Assembly: GCF_009914755.1 (NCBI RefSeq)
Contig: NC_060933.1
Length of the DNA: 64,000 nt
Strand: one strand, 5' to 3'
Source of the DNA: the human T2T-CHM13v2.0 reference genome, Homo sapiens
Part shown: positions 43,791-59,100 of the stretch, piece by piece
How the letters are laid out: every line of letters begins with the position of its first letter
Position numbering within the stretch: the first letter of the stretch is position 1
Made by a program: the position numbers and the translations under genes
Notes under the pieces: model-generated
The model's database searches: none
What the model saw: only the letters and a program-made list of their open reading frames with translations
Told to the model about the DNA's origin: nothing

Positions 43791-46700
43791 GGAATGGAAT
43801 GGAATGGAATGGAATGGAATGGAATGAAACCGATGCAATGGAATGGAATGGAATGGAATGGAAACATCCCGAATGGAATGGAATGTAATGGAGTGTAAGG
43901 GAATTGAATAGAATCAGTCCGAATGTAATGGAATGGAATGTAATGAAATGGAATGGAATGGAATGGAATGGAATCAAACCGAGTGCAATGGAATGGATTC
44001 GAATGGAATGGAATGGAATGGAAAGGAATAGAATGGAATCAACCCGAGTGGAATGGAATGGAAAGGACTGGAATGGACTGGAATGGAATGGAATGGAATG
44101 GATTCAAATCGATTGGAATGGAATGGAATGGAATGGAATGGAATCAACTCGATTGCAATGGAATGGAATGGAATGGAATGGAATGGAATGGAATGGAATG
44201 GAATGGAATGGAATGGAATTAACCCAAATAGAATGGAATGGAATGTAATGGAACGGAATGTAATGGAATGAAATGGAGTGGAATCAACACGAGTGCAATC
44301 GAATGGAATCGAATGCAATGGAATGCAATGGAATGGATTCAACTTGAATGGAATGGAAAGAATGGAATCAACACGAGTGGAATGTCATGGAATGGAATGC
44401 AGTGGAATGAAATCAACCCGAGTCCAGGGGAATGGAATGGAATAGAATGCAATGGAATGGAATCATCGGTAATGTAATGGAAAGGAATGGAATGGAATGG
44501 AATGGAATGGAATGCAATGGAATGGAATGGAATGCAATCAACTCGATTGCAATCGAATGGAATGGAATGGAATTAACCCGAATAGAATGGAATGGAATGG
44601 AATGGAACGGAACGGAACGGAACGGAACAGAATGGAATGGAGTGGAATGGAATGGAATGGAATGGAATGGAACGGAAAGGAACGGAATGGAATGGAATGG
44701 AATGGAATGGAATGGAATGGAACGGAACGGAACGGAATGGAATGGAATGGAATGGAATGGAATGGAATTGAAAGGAATAAACGCGAGTGCAGGGGAATGG
44801 AATGGAATGGAATGCAATGGAATGGAATCTTCCGAAATGGAATGGAATGGAATGGAATGGAATGGAATGGATTCAACTCGATTGCAATGGAATGGAATAG
44901 AATGGAATGGAATGGAATAGAATGGAATCAACCCGAGTGCAGGGGAATGTAATGGAACGGAATGCAATGGAATGGAATCATCCGGAATGGAATGGAATGG
45001 AATGGAATGGAATGGAATGGAATGGAATGGAATCAACCCGAGTGCAATGGAATGGAGTGGAATGTAATGGAATGGAAAGGAACAACCCGAATGGAATGGA
45101 ATGTACTCGAGAGTAAGGGAGTTGAATAGAATCAATCCGAATATAATGGAATGGAACGGAATGGAATGGAATGGAATGGAATGGAATGGAATGGAATGGA
45201 ATGCAATGGAATGGAATCAACCCGAGTGCAATGGAATGGAATGGAATGGAATGGAATGGAATGGAATGGAATGGAATGGAATGGAATCAACCCGAGTGCA
45301 ATGGAATGGAGAGGAATGGAATGGAATGGAATGGACACTACCCGAATGGAATGGAATGTAATGGAGTGTAAGGGAATTGAATAGAATCAATCCGAATGGA
45401 ATGGAATGGAATGGAACGGAATGTAATGTAATGGAATGGAATGGAATCAACCCGAGTGCAGGGGAATGGAATGGAATGGAATGCAATGGAATGGAATCAT
45501 CCGGAATGGAATGGAATGGAATGCAATGGAATGGAATGGAATGGAATCAACCCGAGTGCAATGGAATGGAGTGAAATGGAATGGAATGGAATGGAAACAA
45601 CCAGAATGGATTGGAATATAATGGAGTGTAAGGGAATTGAATAGAATCAATCTGAATGTAATGAAATGGAATGGAACGGAATGGAATGGAATGGAATGGA
45701 ATGGAATGGAATGGAATGGAATGCAATGGAATGGAATCAACCCGAGTGCAATCGAATGGAAACGAATGGAATGGAATGCAATGGAATGGATTCAGCTTGA
45801 ATGGAATGGAAAGAATGGAATCAACACGAGTGGAATGGCATGGATTTTAATGCAATGGAATGGAATCAACCCGAGTACAAGTGAATGGAATGGAATGGAA
45901 TGTAATGGAATTGAATCATCCGTAATGGAACGGAAAGGAATGGAATGGAATGGAATGGAATGGAATGGAATGGAATGGAATCAACTCGATTGCAATCGAA
46001 TGGAATGGAATGGAATTAACCCGAATAGAATGGAATGGAAAGGAATGGAACGGAACGGAATGGAATGGAATGGAATGGAATGGAATGGAAAGGAAAGAAA
46101 TGGAATGGAATGGAATGGAATGGAATGGAATCAACGCGAGTGCAGGGGAATGGAATGGAATGGAATGCAATGGAATGGAATCTTCCGGAATGGAATGGAA
46201 TGGAATGGAATGGAATGCAATGGATTCAACTCGATTGCAATGGAATGGAATAGAATGGAATGGAATGGGATGGAATGGAATTAACCCGAATAGAATGGAA
46301 TGGAATGGAATGGAATGGAATGGAACGGAACGGAACGGAATGGAATGGGATGGAATGGCATTGTATGGAATGGAATGGAATGGTACGGAATTGAATGGAA
46401 TGGAAAGAATTGGAATGGAATGGAATCGAATGGAATGGTGTGGAATGGAATGGAATGGAATGGAATCAAACCGAGTGCAGGGGAATGTAATGGATCGGAA
46501 TGCAATGGAATGGAATCATCCGGAATTGAATGGAGTGGAATGGAATGGAATGGAATGGAATCAACCCCAGTGCAATGGAACGGAGTGGAATGGAATGGAA
46601 TGGAATGGAACAACACGAATGGAATGGAATGTAATGGAGAGTAGGGGAGTTGAATAGAATCAACCTGAATGTAATGGAATGGAATGGAACGTAATTGAAT

Positions 46701-48689
46701 GGAATGGAATGGAATGCAATGGAATGGAATCAACCCGAGTACAATGGAATAGAATGGAATGGATTGGAATGGAATGGAATGGAGTGGAATGGAATGGAAT
46801 GGAATGGAATCAACCCGAGTGCAATGGAATGCAGAGGAATGGAATGGAATGGAATGGAAATTACCCGAATGGGATGGAATGTAATGAAGTGTAAGGGAAT
46901 TGAATAGAATCAATCCGAAAGTAATGGAATGGAATGGAACGGAATGGAATGGAATGGAATGGAATGGAATGGAATGGAATGGAATGCAATGGAATGGAAT
47001 CAACCCGAGTGCAATCGAATGGAATCGAATGGAATGGAATGCAATGGAATGGATTCAACTTGAATGGAATGGAAAGAATGGAATCAACACGTGTGGAATG
47101 GCATGGATTGGAATGGAATGGAATGGAATCAACTCGAGTACAGGAGAATGGAATGGAATGGAATGCAATGGAATGGAATCATCAGTAATGGAATGGAAAG
47201 GAATGGAATGGAATGGAATGGAATGGAATGAACTCGATTGCAATCGAATGGAATGGAATGGAATTAACCCGAATAGAATGGAATGGAATGGAATGGAACG
47301 GAACGGAAAGGAATGGAATGGAATGGAATGGAACGGAACGGAACGGAACGGAACGGAACGGAATGGAATGGAATGGAATGGAATGGAATCAACGCGAGTG
47401 CAGGGGAATGGAATGGAATGGAATGCAATGGAATGGAATCTTCCGGAATGGAATGGAATGGAATGGAATGGAATGGAATGGAATGGAATGGAATAAACCC
47501 GAGTGCAATGGAATGGAGTGGAATGGAATGGAATGGAATGGAACAACCCGAATGGAATGGAATGTAATGGAGAGTAAGGGAGTTGAATAGAATCAATCCG
47601 AATGTAATTGAATGGAATGGAACGGAATGGAGTTGAATGGAATGGAATGGAATGCAATGGAATGGAATCAACCCGAGTTCAATGGAATGGAGAGGAATGG
47701 AATGGAATGGAATGGAAACTACCCGAATGGAATGGAATGTAATGGAGTGTAAGGGAATTGAACAGAATCAATCCGAATGTAATGGAATGGAATGGAACGG
47801 AATGGAATGGAATGGAATGGAATGGAATGGAATGGAATGCAATGGAATGGAATCAACCCGAGTGCAATCGAATGGAATCGAATGGAATGGAATGCCATGG
47901 AATGGATTCAACTTGAATGGAATGGAAAGAATGGAATCAACACGAGTGGAATGGCATGGATTGGAATGGAATGGAATGGAATGGAATCAACCCGAGTGCA
48001 GGGGAATGGAATGGAATGGAATGCAATGGAATGGAATCATCCGGAATGGAATGGAATGGAATGGAATGCAAAGCAATGGAATCAACTCGATTGCAATGGA
48101 ATGGAATGGAAAGGAAAGGAATACATTGGAATCAACCCGAGTGGAATGGAATGGAAAGGACAGGAATGGAGTGGAATGGAATGGAATGGAATGGAATGGA
48201 ATCAACTCGATTGGAATGGAATGGAATGGAATGGAATGGAATGGAATGGAATTAACCCGAATAGAATGGAATGGAATGGAATGGAACGGAACGGAATGGA
48301 ATGGAATGGAATGGAATGGAATGGAATGAAAACAACCCGACTGCAGGGGAATGGAATGGAATGGAATGCAATGGAATGGATTCAACTTGAATGGAATGGA
48401 AAGAATGGAATCAACACGAGTGGAATGGCATGGATTGGAATGGAATGGAATGGAATCAACCCGAGTACAGGGGAATGGAATGGAATGGAATGCAATGGAA
48501 TGGAATCATCCGTAATGGAATGGAAAGGAATGGAATGGAATGGAATGGAATGGAATGGAATCAACTCGATTGCAATCGAATGGAATGGAATGGAATTAAC
48601 CCGAATAGAATGGAATGGAATGGAATGGAATGGAACGGAATGGAACGGAATGGAATGGATTGGAATGGAATGGAATGGAATGGAAGGGA

Positions 48690-49540
48690 AAGGAATGGAA
48701 TGGAATGGAATGGAATGGAATGGAATGGATTGGAATGGAATGGAATCAACGCGAGTGCAGGGGAATGGAATGGAATGGCATGCAATGGAATGGAATCTTC
48801 CGGAATGGAATGGAATGGAATGGAATAGAATGGAATGGAATGGAATGGAATGGAATAAACCCGAGTGCAATGGAATGGAGTGGAATGGAATGGAATGGAA
48901 TGGAACAACCCGAATGGAATGGAATGGAATGGAGAGTAAGGGAGTTGAATAGAATCCATCCGAATGTAATGGAATGGAATGGAACGGAATGGAATTGAAT
49001 GGAATGGAATGGAATGCAATGGAATGGAATCAACCCGAGTTCAATGGAATGGAGAGGAATGGAATGGAATGGAATGGAAACTACCCGAATTGAATAGAAT
49101 GTAATGGAGTGTAAGGGAATTGAATAGAATCAATCCGAATGTAATGGAATGGAATGGAACGGAATGGAATGGAACGGAATGGAATGGAATGGAATGGAAT
49201 GGAATGGAATGGAATGCAATGGAATGGAATCAACCCGAGTGCAATCGAATGGAATCGAATGGAATGGAATGCAATGGAATGGATTCAACTTGAATGGAAT
49301 GGAAAGAATGGAATCAACACGAGTGGAATGGCATGGATTGGAATGGAATGGAATGGAATGAACCCGAGTACAGGGGAATGGAATGGAATGGAATGCAATG
49401 GAATCAACCCGAGTGCAATGGAATGGAGTGGAATGGAATGGAATGGAATGGAACAACCCGAATGGAATGGAATGTAATGGAGAGTAAGGGAGTTGAAAAG
49501 AATCAATCCGAATGTAATGGAATGGAATGGAACGGAATGG
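48690..49540 (+). repeat. ~0.85 kb block copied 4012 bp downstream (at ~52700-53550)
   Basis: ORFs 48746/52758, 49149/53161 and 49154/53166. Markers GGCATGCAAT and AGAATCCATCCG are present in both. Confidence 0.85.
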
Positions 49541-50199
49541 AATGGAATGGAATGGATTGGAATGGAATGGAATGCAATGGAATGGAATCCACCCGAGTAA
49601 AATGGAATGGAATGGAATGGAATGGAATGGAATGGAATGGAATGGAATGGAATGCAATGGAATGGAATCTTCCGGAATGGAATGGAATGGAATGCAATGG
49701 ATTCAAGTCGATTGCAATGGAATGGAATAGAATGGACTGGAATGGAATGGAATGGAATTAAACCGAATAGAATGGAATGGAATGGAATGGAACGGAACAG
49801 AACGGAACGGAACGGAGTGGAATGGAATGGAATGGAATTGTATGGAATGGAATGGAATGGTACGGAATAGAATGTAATGGAAAGAATTGGAATGGAATGG
49901 AATGGAATGGAATGGAATGGAATGGAATGGAATCAACCCGAGTGCAGGGGAATGTAATGGAACGGAATGCAATGGAATGGAATCATCCGGAATGGAATGG
50001 AATGGAATGGAATGGAAGGGAATGGAATGGAATCAACCCGAACGCAGTGGAATGGAGTGGAATGGAATGGAATGGAATGGAACAACCAGAATGGAATGGA
50101 ATGTAATGGAGAGTAAGGGAGTTGAATAGAATCAATCCGAATGTAAGGGAATGGAACGGAATGGAATGGAATGGAAAGGAATGGAATGGAATGGAATGC

Positions 50200-53100
50200 A
50201 ATGGAATGGAATCAACCCGAGTACAATGGAACGGAATGGAATGGAATGTAATGAAATGTAATGTAATGGAATGGAATGGAATGGAATCAACCCGAGTGCA
50301 ATGGAATGGAGAGGAATGGAATGGAATGGAATGGAAACTACCCGAATGGAATGGAATGGAATGGAGTGTAAGGGAATTGAATAGAATCAATCCGAATGGA
50401 ATGGAATGGAATGGAAAGGAATGTAATGTAATGGAATGGAATGGAATCAACCCGAGTGCAGGGGAATGGAATGGAATGGAATGCAATGGAATGGAGTCAT
50501 CCGGAATGGAATGGAATGGAATGCAATGGAATGGAATGGAATGGAATCAACCCGAGTGCAATGGAATGGAGTGAAATGGAATGGAATGGAATAGAGACAA
50601 CCAGAATGGATTGGAATATAATGGAGTGTAAGGGAATTGAATAGAATCAATCTGAATGTAATGAAAGGGAATGGAACGGAATGGAATGGAATGGAATGGA
50701 ATGGAATGGAATGCAATGGAATGGAATCAAAACGAGTGCAATCGAATGGAATCGAATGGAATGGAATGCAATGGAATGGATTCAACTTGAATGGAATGGA
50801 AAGAATGGAATCAACACGAGTGGAATGGCATGGATTGGAATGGAATAGAATGGAATCAACCCGAGTATAAGGGAATGGAATGGAATGGAATGCAATGGAA
50901 TGGAATCATCCGTAATGGAATGGAAAGGAATGGAATGGAATGGAATGGAATGGAATGGAATGGAATGGAATCAACACGAATGCAATCGAATGGAATGGAA
51001 TGGAATTAACCCGAATAGAATGGAATGGAATGGAATGGAACGGAACGGAATGGAATGGAATGGAATGGAATGGAATGGAATGCAACGGAAAGGAAGGGAA
51101 TGGAATGGAATAGAATGGAATGGAATGGAATCAACGCGAGTGCAGGGGAATGGAATGGAATGGAATGCAATGGAATGGAATCTTCCGGAATGGAATGGAA
51201 TGGAATGGAATGGAATGGAATGGAATCAACCCGAGTGCAATGGAATGGAGTGGAATGGAATGGAATGGAATGGAACAACCCGAATGGAATGGAATGTAAT
51301 GGAGAGTAAGGGAGTTGAATAGAATCAATCAGAATGTAATGGAATGGAATGAAACGGAATGGAATTGAATGGAATGGAATGGAATGCAATGGAATGGAAT
51401 CAACCCGAGTGCAATGGAATGGAGAGGAATGGAATGCAATGGAATGGAAACTACCCAAATGGAATGGAATGTAATGGAGTGTAAGGGAATTGAATAGAAT
51501 CAATCCGAATGTAATGGAATGGTATGGAACGGAATGGAACGGAATGGAATGGAATGGAACGGAATGGAATGGAATGGAATGCAATGGAATGGAATCAACC
51601 CGAGTGCAATCGAATGGAATCGAATGGAATGGAATGCAATGGAATGGATTCAACTTGAATGGAATGGAAAGAATGGAATCAACACGAGTGGAATGGCATG
51701 GATTGGAATGGAATGGAATGGAATCAACCCGAGTACAGGGGAATGGAATGGAATGGAATGCAATGGAATGGAATCATCCGTAAAGGAATGGAAAGGAATG
51801 GAATGGAATGGAATGGAATGGAATGGAATGGAATCAACTCGATTGCAATCGAATGGAATGGAATGGAATTAACCCGTATAGAATGGAATGGTACGGAACG
51901 GAATGGAATGGAATGGAATGGAATTGAATGGAATGGAATGGAACGGAATCAACGCGACTGCAGGGGAATGGAATGGAATGGAATGCAATGGAATGGAATC
52001 TTCCGGAATGGAATGGAATGGAATGGAATGGAATGAAATGCAATGGATTCAACTCGATTGCAATGGAATGGAATAGAATGGATTGGAATGGAATGGAATG
52101 GAATTAATTCGAATAGAATGGAATGGAATGGAATGGAACGGAATGGAACGGAATGGAATGGAATGGAATGGAATGGAATGGTATGGAATGCAATGGAATG
52201 GTACGGAATAGAATGGAATGGAAAGAATTGTAATGGAATGGAATTGAATGGAATGGAATGGAATGGAATGGAATCAACGCGAGTGCAGGGGAATGTAATG
52301 GAACGGAATGCAATGGAATGGAATCATCCGGAATGGAATGGAATGGAATGGAATGGAATGGAATGGAATGGAGTGGAATCAACCCGAGAGCAATGGAATG
52401 GAGTGGAATGGAATGGAATGGAATGGAACAACCCGAATGGAATGGAATGTAATGGAGAGTAAGGGAGTTGAATAGAATCAATCCGAATGTAATGGAATGG
52501 AATGCAACGGAATGGAATGGAATGGAATGCAATGGAATTGAATCAACCCGAGTACAATGGAATGGAATGGAATGGAATGGAATGGAATGGAATGGAATGG
52601 ATTGGAATGGAATGATACGGAATAGAATGGAATGGAACGAAATGGAATGGAATGGAATGGAATGGAATGGAATGGAATGGAATGAAATGGAATGGAATGG
52701 AAAGGAATGGAATGGAATGGAATGGAATGGAATGGAATGGATTGGAATGGAATGGAATCAACGCGAGTGCAGGGGAATGGAATGGAATGGCATGCAATGG
52801 AATGGAATCTTCCGGAATGGAATGGAATGGAATGGAATAGAATGGAATGGAATGGAATGGAATGGAATAAACCCGAGTGCAATGGAATGGAGTGGAATGG
52901 AATGGAATGGAATGGAACAACCCGAATGGAATGGAATGGAATGGAGAGTAAGGGAGTTGAATAGAATCCATCCGAATGTAATGGAATGGAATGGAACGGA
53001 ATGGAATTGAATGGAATGGAATGGAATGCAATGGAATGGAATCAACCCGAGTTCAATGGAATGGAGAGGAATGGAATGGAATGGAATGGAAACTACCCGA

Positions 53101-56070
53101 ATGGAATAGAATGTAATGGAGTGTAAGGGAATTGAATAGAATCAATCCGAATGTAATGGAATGGAATGGAACGGAATGGAATGGAACGGAATGGAATGGA
53201 ATGGAATGGAATGGAATGGAATGGAATGCAACGGAATGGAATCAACCCGAGTGCAATCGAATGGAATCGAATGGAATGGAATGCAATGGAATGGATTCAA
53301 CTTGAATGGAATGGAAAGAATGGAATCAACACGAGTGGAATGGCATGGATTGGAATGGAATGGAATGGAATGAACCCGAGTACAGGGGAATGGAATGGAA
53401 TGGAATGCAATGGAATCAACCCGAGTGCAATGGAATGGAGTGGAATGGAATGGAATGGAATGGAACAACCCGAATGGAATGGAATGTAATGGAGAGTAAG
53501 GGAGTTGAATAGAATCAATCCGAATGTAATGGAATGGAATGGAACGGAATGGAATTGAATGGAATGGAATGGAATGGAATCAACCCGAGTGCAATGGAAT
53601 GGAGAGGAATGGAATGGAATGGAATGGAAACTACCCGAATGGAATGGAATGTAATGGAGTGTAAGGGAATTGAATAGAATCAATCCGAATGTAATGGAAT
53701 GGAATGGAACGGAATGGAATGGAATGGAATGGAATGGAATGGAATGGAATGGAATGCAATGGAATGGAATCAACCCGAGTGCAATCGAATGGAATCGAAT
53801 GGAATGGAATGCAATGGAATGGATTCAACTTGAATGGAATGGAAAGAATGGAATCAACACGAGTGGAATGGCATGGATTGGAATGGAATGGAATGGAATC
53901 AACCCGAGTACAGGGGAATGGAATGGAATGGAATGCAATGGAATGGAATCATCCGTAATGGAATGGAAAGGAATGGAATGGAATGGAATGGAATGGAATG
54001 GAATGGAATGGAATCAACTCGATTGCAATCGAATGGAATGGAATGGAATTAACCCGAATAGAATGGAATGGAATGGAATGGAACGCAACGGAATGGAATG
54101 GAATGGAACGGAATGGAATGGAACGGAACGGAACGGAATGGATGGAATGGAATGGAATGGAATGGAATGGAATCAACGCGAGTGCAGGGGAATGGAATGG
54201 AATGGAATGCAATGGAATGGAATCTTCCGGAATGGAATGGAATGGAATGGAATGGAATGGAATGAAATGCAATGGATTCAACTCGATTGCAATGGAATGG
54301 AATAGAATGGAATGGAATGGAATGGAATGGAATGGAATTAACCCGAATAGAATGGAATGGAATGGAATGGAACGGAATGGAACGGAATGCAATGGAATGG
54401 AATGGAATGGAATGGTATGGAATGGAATGGAATGGTACGGAATAGAATGGAATGGAACGAATTGTAATGGAATGGAATTGAATGGAATGAAATGGAATGG
54501 AATGGAATGGAATGGAATCAACGCGAGTGCAGGGGAATGTAATGGAACGAAATGCAATGGAATGGAATCATGCGGAATGGAATGGAATGGAATGGAATGG
54601 AATGGAATGGAATCAACCCGAGTGCAATGGAATGGAGTGGAATGGAATGGAATGGAATGGAACAACCCGAATGGAATGGAATGTAATGGAGAGTAAGGGA
54701 GTTGAATAGAATCAATCCGAATGTAATGGAATGGAATTCAATGGAATGGAAAGGAATGGAATGGAATGGAATGGAATGGAATGGAATGGAATGGAATGGA
54801 ATGCCTTCAAACCGAATGTAATGGAAAGGAATGGAATCAACACGAGTGGAATGGAATCGAATGGAATGGAATCGAATGGAATGGAATGATATGGAATAGA
54901 ATGGAATGGAACGAAATGGAATGGAACGAAATGGAATGGAATGGAATGGAATGGAATGGAATGGAATGATACGGAATAGAATGGAATGGAACGAAATGGA
55001 GTGGAATGGAATGGAATGGAATGAAATGGAATGGAATGGAATCGTTCCTAGTGGAATAGGAGGGAATGTATTCGAGTGGAATGGAAAGGAATGGTATCAA
55101 CCAGAGTGGAATGGAAGGGAATGGAATGGAATGGAAACTAATAGAATGGAATCAACCCGAGTGGAATGGAATGGAAAGGACTGGAATGGAATGGAATGGA
55201 ATGGAATCAACTCGATTGTAATGGAATGGAATGGAATGGAATGGAATGGAATGGAATGGAATTAACCCGAATACAATGGAATGGAATGGAATGGAATGGA
55301 ATGGAGTGGAATGGAATGGAATCAACCCGAGTGCAGGGTAATGGAATGGAATGGAATGCAATGGAATGGAATCATCCGGAATGGAATGGAATGGAATGGA
55401 ATGCAAAGCAATGGAATCAACTCGATTGCAATGGAATGGAATGGAATGGAAAGGAATACATTGGAATCAACCCGAGTGGAATGGAATGGAAAGGACTGGA
55501 ATGGAGTGGAATGGAATGGAATGGAATGGAATGGAAACAACTCGATTGGAATGGAATGGAATGGAATGGAATGGAATTAACCCGAATAGAATGGAATTGA
55601 ATGGAATGGAAAGGAACGGAATGGAATGGAATGGAATGGAATGGAATGGAATGGAATGGAATCAACCCGACTGCAGGGGAATGGAATGGAATGGAATGCA
55701 ATGGAATGGATTCAACTTCAATGGAATGGAAAGAATGGAATCAACACGAGTGGAATGGCATGGATTGGAATGGAATGGAATGGAATTAACCCGAGTACAA
55801 GGGAATGGAATGGAATGGAATGCAATGGAATGGAATCATCCGTAATGGAATGGAAAGGAATGGAATGGAATGGAATGGAATGGAATAGAATGGAATGGAA
55901 TCAACTCGATTGCAATCGAATGGAATGGAATGGAATTAACCCGAATAAAATGGAATGGAATCGAATGGAACGGAACGGAACGGAATGGAATGGATTGGAA
56001 TGGAATGGAATGGAATGGAACGGAATGGAATGGAATGGAATGGAATGGAATGGAATGGAATGGAATGGAA
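50200..56070 (+). repeat. ~5.85 kb higher-order unit, copy A
   Basis: ORF offsets of 5903-5923 (50441->56349, 50885->56788, 52043->57966), then 5830 (53983->59813, 54906->60736, 55166->60996). Markers AGAGACAACC, CGAGTATAAGG, AACCCGTATAG, ATCATGCGG, GCCTTCAAACCG. Confidence 0.85.
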
Positions 56071-56104
56071 TCAACCCGAGTGCAGGGGAATGGAATGGAA
56101 TGGA

Positions 56105-59100
56105 ATGCAATGGAATGGAATCAACCCGAGTACAATGGAACGGAATGGAATGGAATGTAATGAAATGTAATGTAATGGAATGGAATGGAATGGAATCAAC
56201 CCGAGTGCAATGGAATGGAGAGGAATGTATGGAATGGAATGGAAACTACCCGAATGGAATGGAATGGAATGGAGTGTAAGGGAATTGAATAGAATCAATC
56301 CGAATGGAATGGAATGGAATGGAAAGGAATGTAATGTAATGGAATGGAATGGAATCAACCCGAGTGCAGGGGAATGGAATGGAATGGAATGCAATGGAAT
56401 GGAGTCATCCGGAATGGAATGGAATGGAATGCAATGGAATGGAATGGAATGGAATCAACCCGAGTGCAATGGAATGGAGTGAAATGGAATGGAATGGAAT
56501 AGAGACAACCAGAATGGATTGGAATATAATGGAGTGTAAGGGAATTGAATAGAATCAATCTGAATGTAATGAAAGGGTATGGAACGGAATGGAATGGAAT
56601 GGAATGAAATGGAATGCAATGGAATGGAATCAAAACGAGTGCAATCGAATGGAATCGAATGGAATGGAATGCAATGGAATGGATTCAACTTGAATGGAAT
56701 GGAAAGAATGGAATCAACACGAGTGGAATGGCATGGATTGGAATGGAATAGAATGGAATCAACCCGAGTATAAGGGAATGGAATGGAATGGAATGCAATG
56801 GAATGGAATCATCCGTAATGGAATGGAAAGGAATGGAATGGAATGGAATGGAATGGAATGGAATGGAATGGAATCAACACGATTGCAATCGAATGGAATG
56901 GAATGGAATTAACCCGAATAGAATGGAATGGAATGGAATGGAACGGAACGGAATGGAATGGAATGGAATGGAATGGAATGGAATGCAACGGAAAGGAAGG
57001 GAATGGAATGGAATAGAATGGAATGGAATGGAATCAACGCGAGTGCAGGGGAATGGAATGGAATGGAATGCAATGGAATGGAATCTTCCGGAATGGAATG
57101 GAATGGAATGGAATGGAATGGAATGGAATCAACCCGAGTGCAATGGAATGGAGTGGAATGGAATGGAATGGAATGGAACAACCCGAATGGAATGGAATGT
57201 AATGGAGAGTAAGGGAGTTGAATAGAATCAATCAGAATGTAATGGAATGGAATGAAACGGAATGGAATTGAATGGAATGGAATGGAATGCAATGGAATGG
57301 AATCAACCCGAGTGCAATGGAATGGAGAGGAATGGAATGCAATGGAATGGAAACTACCCAAATGGAATGGAATGTAATGGAGTGTAAGGGAATTGAATAG
57401 AATCAATCCGAATGTAATGGAATGGTATGGAACGGAATGGAACGGAATGGAATGGAATGGAATGGAATGGAATGGAATGCAATGGAATGGAATCAACCCG
57501 AGTGCAATCGAATGGAATCGAATGGAATGGAATGCAATGGAATGGATTCAACTTGAATGGAATGGAAAGAATGGAATCAACACGAGTGGAATGGCATGGA
57601 TTGGAATGGAATGGAATGGAATCAACCCGAGTACAGGGGAATGGAATGGAATGGAATGCAATGGAATGGAATCATCCGTAAAGGAATGGAAAGGAATGGA
57701 ATGGAATGGAATGGAATGGAATGGAATGGAATGGAATGGAATGGAATGGAATCAACTCGATTGCAATCGAATGGAATGGAATGGAATTAACCCGTATAGA
57801 ATGGAATGGTACGGAACGGAATGGAATGGAATGGAATGGAATGGAATTGAATGGAATGGAATGGAACGGAATCAACGCGACTGCAGGGGAATGGAATGGA
57901 ATGGAATGCAATGGAATGGAATCTTCCGGAATGGAATGGAATGGAATGGAATGGAATGAAATGCAATGGATTCAACTCGATTGCAATGGAATGGAATAGA
58001 ATGGATTGGAATGGAATGGAATGGAATTAATTCGAATAGAATGGAATGGAATGGAATGGAACGGAATGGAACGGAATGGAATGGAATGGAATGGAATGGA
58101 ATGGTATGGAATGCAATGGAATGGTACGGAATAGAATGGAATGGAAAGAATTGTAATGGAATGGAATTGAATGGAATGGAATGGAATGGAATGGAATCAA
58201 CGCGAGTGCAGGGGAATGTAATGGAACGGAATGCAATGGAATGGAATCATCCGGAATGGAATGGAATGGAATGGAATGGAATGGAATGGAATGGAGTGGA
58301 ATCAACCCGAGAGCAATGGAATGGAGTGGAATGGAATGGAATGGAATGGAACAACCCGAATGGAATGGAATGTAATGGAGAGTAAGGGAGTTGAATAGAA
58401 TCAATCCGAATGTAATGGAATGGAATGCAACGGAATGGAATGGAATGGAATGCAATGGAATTGAATCAACCCGAGTACAATGGAATGGAATGGAATGGAA
58501 TGGAATGGAATGGAATGGATTGGAATGGAATGATACGGAATAGAATGGAATGGAACGAAATGGAATGGAATGGAATGGAATGGAATGGAATGGAATGGAA
58601 TGAAATGGAATGGAATGGAATGGAATGAAATGGAATGGAATGGAATGGAATCGTTCCGAGTGGAATAGGAGGGAATGTATTCGAGTGGAATGGAAAGGAA
58701 TGGTATCAACCAGAGTGGAATGGAAGGGAATGGAATGGAATGGAAACTAATAGAATGGAATCAACCCGAGTGGAATGGAATGGAAAGGACTGGAATGGAA
58801 TGGAATGGAATGGAATCAACTCGATTGTAATGGAATGGAATGGCATGGAATGGAATGGAATTAACCCGAATACAATGGAATGGGATGGAATGGAACGGAA
58901 TGGAGTGGAATGGAATGGAATCAACCCGAGTGCAGGAGAATGGAATGGAATGGAATGCAATGGAATGGAATCATCCGGAATGGAATGGAATGGAATGGAA
59001 TGCAAAGCAATGGAATCAACTCGATTGCAATGGAATGGAATGGAATGGAAAGGAATACATTGGAATCAACCCGAGTGGAATGGAATGGAAAGGACTGGAA

